The notes beneath the pieces are model-generated. The model ran no database searches and had not been told where the DNA came from. It saw only the letters and a list, made by a program, of their open reading frames with translations. Positions 60,947-64,000 of a stretch of DNA of 64,000 nucleotides are shown here, piece by piece. The translations under genes were made by a program, and so were the position numbers. How positions within the stretch are numbered: the stretch's first letter is position 1; each line of letters starts with the position of its first letter. Location of the stretch: positions 224,001-288,000 of the forward strand of contig JAZRKN010000001.1 in the NCBI GenBank assembly GCA_045646345.1, written 5' to 3'. Origin of the DNA: Candidatus Scatovivens sp. Its GTDB lineage: Bacteria > Bacillota > Clostridia > TANB77 > CAG-508.

Positions 60947-63385
60947 CTATTTTATTATTATTTTTCCATCTTCAACTAAAACTCTATATTTATCATTTTC
61001 TTCAATTTTTTTATCTAATATAAATTCCGCAATTTTATCTTCAATATAATTTTGAATTACTCTTCTAACAGGTCTTGCTCCATAATTTTTATCTGTTCCC
61101 TTTTGTTCAATAAAATCTTTTATACTTTCATCAAAATCAAAGTAATAATTTTGATTGTTTAATCTTTTTAACACTTTTCTTAAATTTATATCTATAATTT
61201 TTCTTATATCATTTGAATTTAATTTATTAAAAATTACGATTTCATCAATTCTATTTAAAAACTCCGGTTTTAATTCTCTTTTTAATTCATTCATCACTAA
61301 ACTTTGTATTTCATTATATTCATCTTTTTCTGATAATTCATTATTCGAAAAACCTAACTTTTTCTTCTCTGTTATATTTCTAGCACCTATATTTGAAGTC
61401 ATTATTATAACTGTATTTTTAAAACTTACAGTTCTTCCTTGACTATCTGTTAAAATTCCATCTTCTAATATTTGGAGTAATATATTCATAATATCTAAAT
61501 GAGCCTTTTCTATTTCATCAAATAAAATTACAGAGTATGGCTTTCTTCTTACTTTTTCTGCCAACCCATTTGATTCTTCATATCCAACATATCCTGGAGG
61601 TGAACCAATTATTTTCGATACAGAATGAGCCTCCATATATTCTGACATATCCAGTCTTATCATTGAATTCTCATTACCAAATAAATTTTCTGCTAAAGCT
61701 TTAGTTAATTCTGTTTTTCCAACACCAGTTGGGCCTAAAAATAAAAATGAACCAATTGGTCTATTGGGATCTTTCAAACCAATTCTCCCTCTCCTAATTG
61801 CTCTGGAAACAGCTGAAATTGCATCTTCTTGTCCCACAACTCTTTTATGAAGTGATTTTTCTAAATTCTTTAACTTTTCATTTTCACTTTCTGTTATCTT
61901 GTAAATTGGTATTCCTGTCCATCTTGATATTATTTCTTCTACATCTTCTTTTTCAATATTTATTATTTTTTTAGTATTTCTGTTTTTCCATTTTTCATTT
62001 TCATCTTCTAATTTTTCAATTAAATTTCTTTCCATGTCTCTTAACTTAGCTGCTTTTTCATAATTTTGAATATTAATAGCTTCTTCTTTTTCTCTTACTA
62101 TTTTCTCCAATTCTTTTTCCATATCTTTTAAATACTCCGGTTCAACAGATGACTTTAACTTTATTTTACTGGCTGTTTCATCAATTAAATCAATTGCTTT
62201 ATCCGGCAAAAATCTATCATTTATATATCTACTTGAAAGTTCAACTGCAGCTACAATTGCATTATCTGTTATTTTCACATTATGATGTGCCTCGTATTTA
62301 TCCCTTATTCCTTTTAATATTTGTATTGTATCTTCTTTATTTGGTTCTTCAATATAAATCGGTTGAAATCTTCTTTCTAACGCTTGATCTTTTTCTATAT
62401 ATTTCCTATATTCTTTTATTGTTGTTGCACCAACAACTTGAATCTCTCCTCTAGCTAAAAGTGGTTTTAAAATATTAGCTGCATCAATCGCCCCTTCTGC
62501 TGCACCAGCTCCGACAATTGTATGAATTTCATCAATAAATAAAATTATATCTTCTGCTTTTTTTACCTCCGCTAAACATTTTTTTACTCTTTCTTCAAAG
62601 TCACCTCTATATTTAGCTCCAGCAACCATTGATGTTATATCTAATGTAATTACTTTTTTGTTTTTCAAATTTTCTGGTATATTTCCATTTATAATCTTTT
62701 GTGCTAATCCTTCAATTACTGCAGTTTTACCAACACCTGGTTCTCCGATTAAACATGGATTATTTTTTATTCTTCTAGATAGAATTTCTACAACTCTATC
62801 TGTCTCTTCGTTTCTTCCAATAACCGGATCTAGCTTTCCTTCTTCTGCTTGTTTAGTTAAATCATTCCCATATTGATTTAAATTTTGAAGATTAGAATTT
62901 TGATTTTGTTTTTCTTGCTTTTCTTGATTTATTTCATTCATATTTTCTTCAAATTCATTTAATGTTTTTGCGATATCTGAATACAATTCATCTTCTTCAA
63001 CATCTAAATCATTTAAAATTCTAATAGCTAAACTATCATTTTCTTTTAATATTCCTACTAATAAATGTTCTGTTCCTATAAAATTTGAACTTAATTTTTT
63101 GGCTTCTAAATATGCATTTTCTAAAATCTTTTTGGTTCTAGGAGTAAATCCTAAAACAGAAAAATTTTCTTTTATTTGAGCACCTAATAATTCTTCAATT
63201 TTATCTAAAATATCTTCAGACATAACGCCTTGATTTTTTAAGACTTTACTTGCAACTCCATTTTCTTCACAAGCAAGACCATATAATATATGTTCTGTTC
63301 CTATATAACTATGTCCTAAATCAACAGCAAGTTCATTGGCAATAGAAAGAACCTTTTCTCCACTTTTTGTGAATTTATATACCAT
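60947..63385 (-). CDS. clpC: ATP-dependent Clp protease ATPase subunit ClpC
   Basis: Two Clp-N repeats, GEPGVGKT, UVR motif, GPTGVGKT; ATG 63385 with GGAGG RBS. Confidence 0.95.
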   Translation of the reverse strand: MVYKFTKSGEKVLSIANELAVDLGHSYIGTEHILYGLACEENGVASKVLKNQGVMSEDILDKIEELLGAQIKENFSVLGFTPRTKKILENAYLEAKKLSSNFIGTEHLLVGILKENDSLAIRILNDLDVEEDELYSDIAKTLNEFEENMNEINQEKQEKQNQNSNLQNLNQYGNDLTKQAEEGKLDPVIGRNEETDRVVEILSRRIKNNPCLIGEPGVGKTAVIEGLAQKIINGNIPENLKNKKVITLDITSMVAGAKYRGDFEERVKKCLAEVKKAEDIILFIDEIHTIVGAGAAEGAIDAANILKPLLARGEIQVVGATTIKEYRKYIEKDQALERRFQPIYIEEPNKEDTIQILKGIRDKYEAHHNVKITDNAIVAAVELSSRYINDRFLPDKAIDLIDETASKIKLKSSVEPEYLKDMEKELEKIVREKEEAINIQNYEKAAKLRDMERNLIEKLEDENEKWKNRNTKKIINIEKEDVEEIISRWTGIPIYKITESENEKLKNLEKSLHKRVVGQEDAISAVSRAIRRGRIGLKDPNRPIGSFLFLGPTGVGKTELTKALAENLFGNENSMIRLDMSEYMEAHSVSKIIGSPPGYVGYEESNGLAEKVRRKPYSVILFDEIEKAHLDIMNILLQILEDGILTDSQGRTVSFKNTVIIMTSNIGARNITEKKKLGFSNNELSEKDEYNEIQSLVMNELKRELKPEFLNRIDEIVIFNKLNSNDIRKIIDINLRKVLKRLNNQNYYFDFDESIKDFIEQKGTDKNYGARPVRRVIQNYIEDKIAEFILDKKIEENDKYRVLVEDGKIIIK

Positions 63386-63485
63386 AATAACCTCCATAAA
63401 AAAAGTTATTATTAATATACTCATAATATTTTGTTTTTAAACTAAAAAAAGACAGATTTTTAGTCTGTCTTCAATTTTATTTATT

Positions 63486-64000
63486 TTATAATCCAAATAC
63501 CATAGTTGATATTGTAAAGAATAATAGTACAGAGACTGTATCTACGACTGTTGTAAGCAATGGTGATGCCATTAAGGCTGGATCTAATTTTAATTTTTTA
63601 GCAAGTATTGGTAAAATTCCACCTAATTGTTTTGCTAATACAACAGTAAACATTAATGTCAATGAAACTGTAAATGCAATTTTTATATCATTATATTGAA
63701 TCATTATTCTTATACTATTAACAATCGCTAATGCTAAACCTACAATTAATGCAACTATAAATTCTTTTAACATTACTTTAAAAATATCTTTTGTACTAAT
63801 TTCATCAACAGCTAATCCTCTTATTGTTAATGTAGAACTTTGAGATCCACTGTTTCCTCCTGTACCCATTATCATTGGAATAAATGCCACAAGTATTGGA
63901 AGTGAAGATATGGCAGCTTCAAAATTTTCTATAATTGCTCCAGTAATCATTGATGAAATCATTAATATTAAAAGCCATACAATTCTATTTTTTGCATGTT
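63486..64000 (-). CDS. mgtE: Magnesium transporter MgtE, C-terminal part (5' end outside window)
   Basis: GTGGNSGSQ, DPALMASPLLTTVVD. Confidence 0.92.
   Translation of the reverse strand, partial: HAKNRIVWLLILMISSMITGAIIENFEAAISSLPILVAFIPMIMGTGGNSGSQSSTLTIRGLAVDEISTKDIFKVMLKEFIVALIVGLALAIVNSIRIMIQYNDIKIAFTVSLTLMFTVVLAKQLGGILPILAKKLKLDPALMASPLLTTVVDTVSVLLFFTISTMVFGL

Overview
AT-rich window from a Clostridia-like Firmicute with signs of genome reduction; nearly all genes lie on the minus strand. Bases 1-4597 are the right end of an integrative mobilizable element: a MobV/Pre relaxase, a tyrosine integrase, three unknown cargo genes and repeat-rich att-arm DNA. It abuts the 3' end of an atypical tRNA-Gly(TCC). 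The rest is mostly core genome: two canonical tRNA-Gly(TCC), rplS-trmD-rimM-khpA-rpsP-ffh-ylxM, radA, GH15, a beta-CASP nuclease, ftsK, rsmD, divIVA/sepF, miaA, mutL, GTP-PEPCK, groESL, rlmB, lepA, tsaD, lysS, an amino-acid ABC transporter, aspS, mltG, nfeD/SPFH, a cysteine desulfurase, a CDF transporter, clpC and mgtE. Main observations: (1) an unannotated His-His-His leader-peptide attenuator controls an ABC transporter whose ATPase runs in frame into a PepD dipeptidase; (2) none of the 60 CDSs I accept ends in TGA, and the window carries a separately promoted, structurally odd tRNA-Gly; (3) an uncharacterised two-gene cargo module sits on the element; (4) RlmB carries an array of [D/E]RR repeats; (5) the MutL linker carries repeated T-x-x-I motifs; (6) an Asn-specifier T-box precedes an aspS with no gatCAB; (7) the CIRCE has a compensatory change; (8) several small proteins are missing from the ORF track. 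All assignments come from reading motifs by eye; no searches were run.
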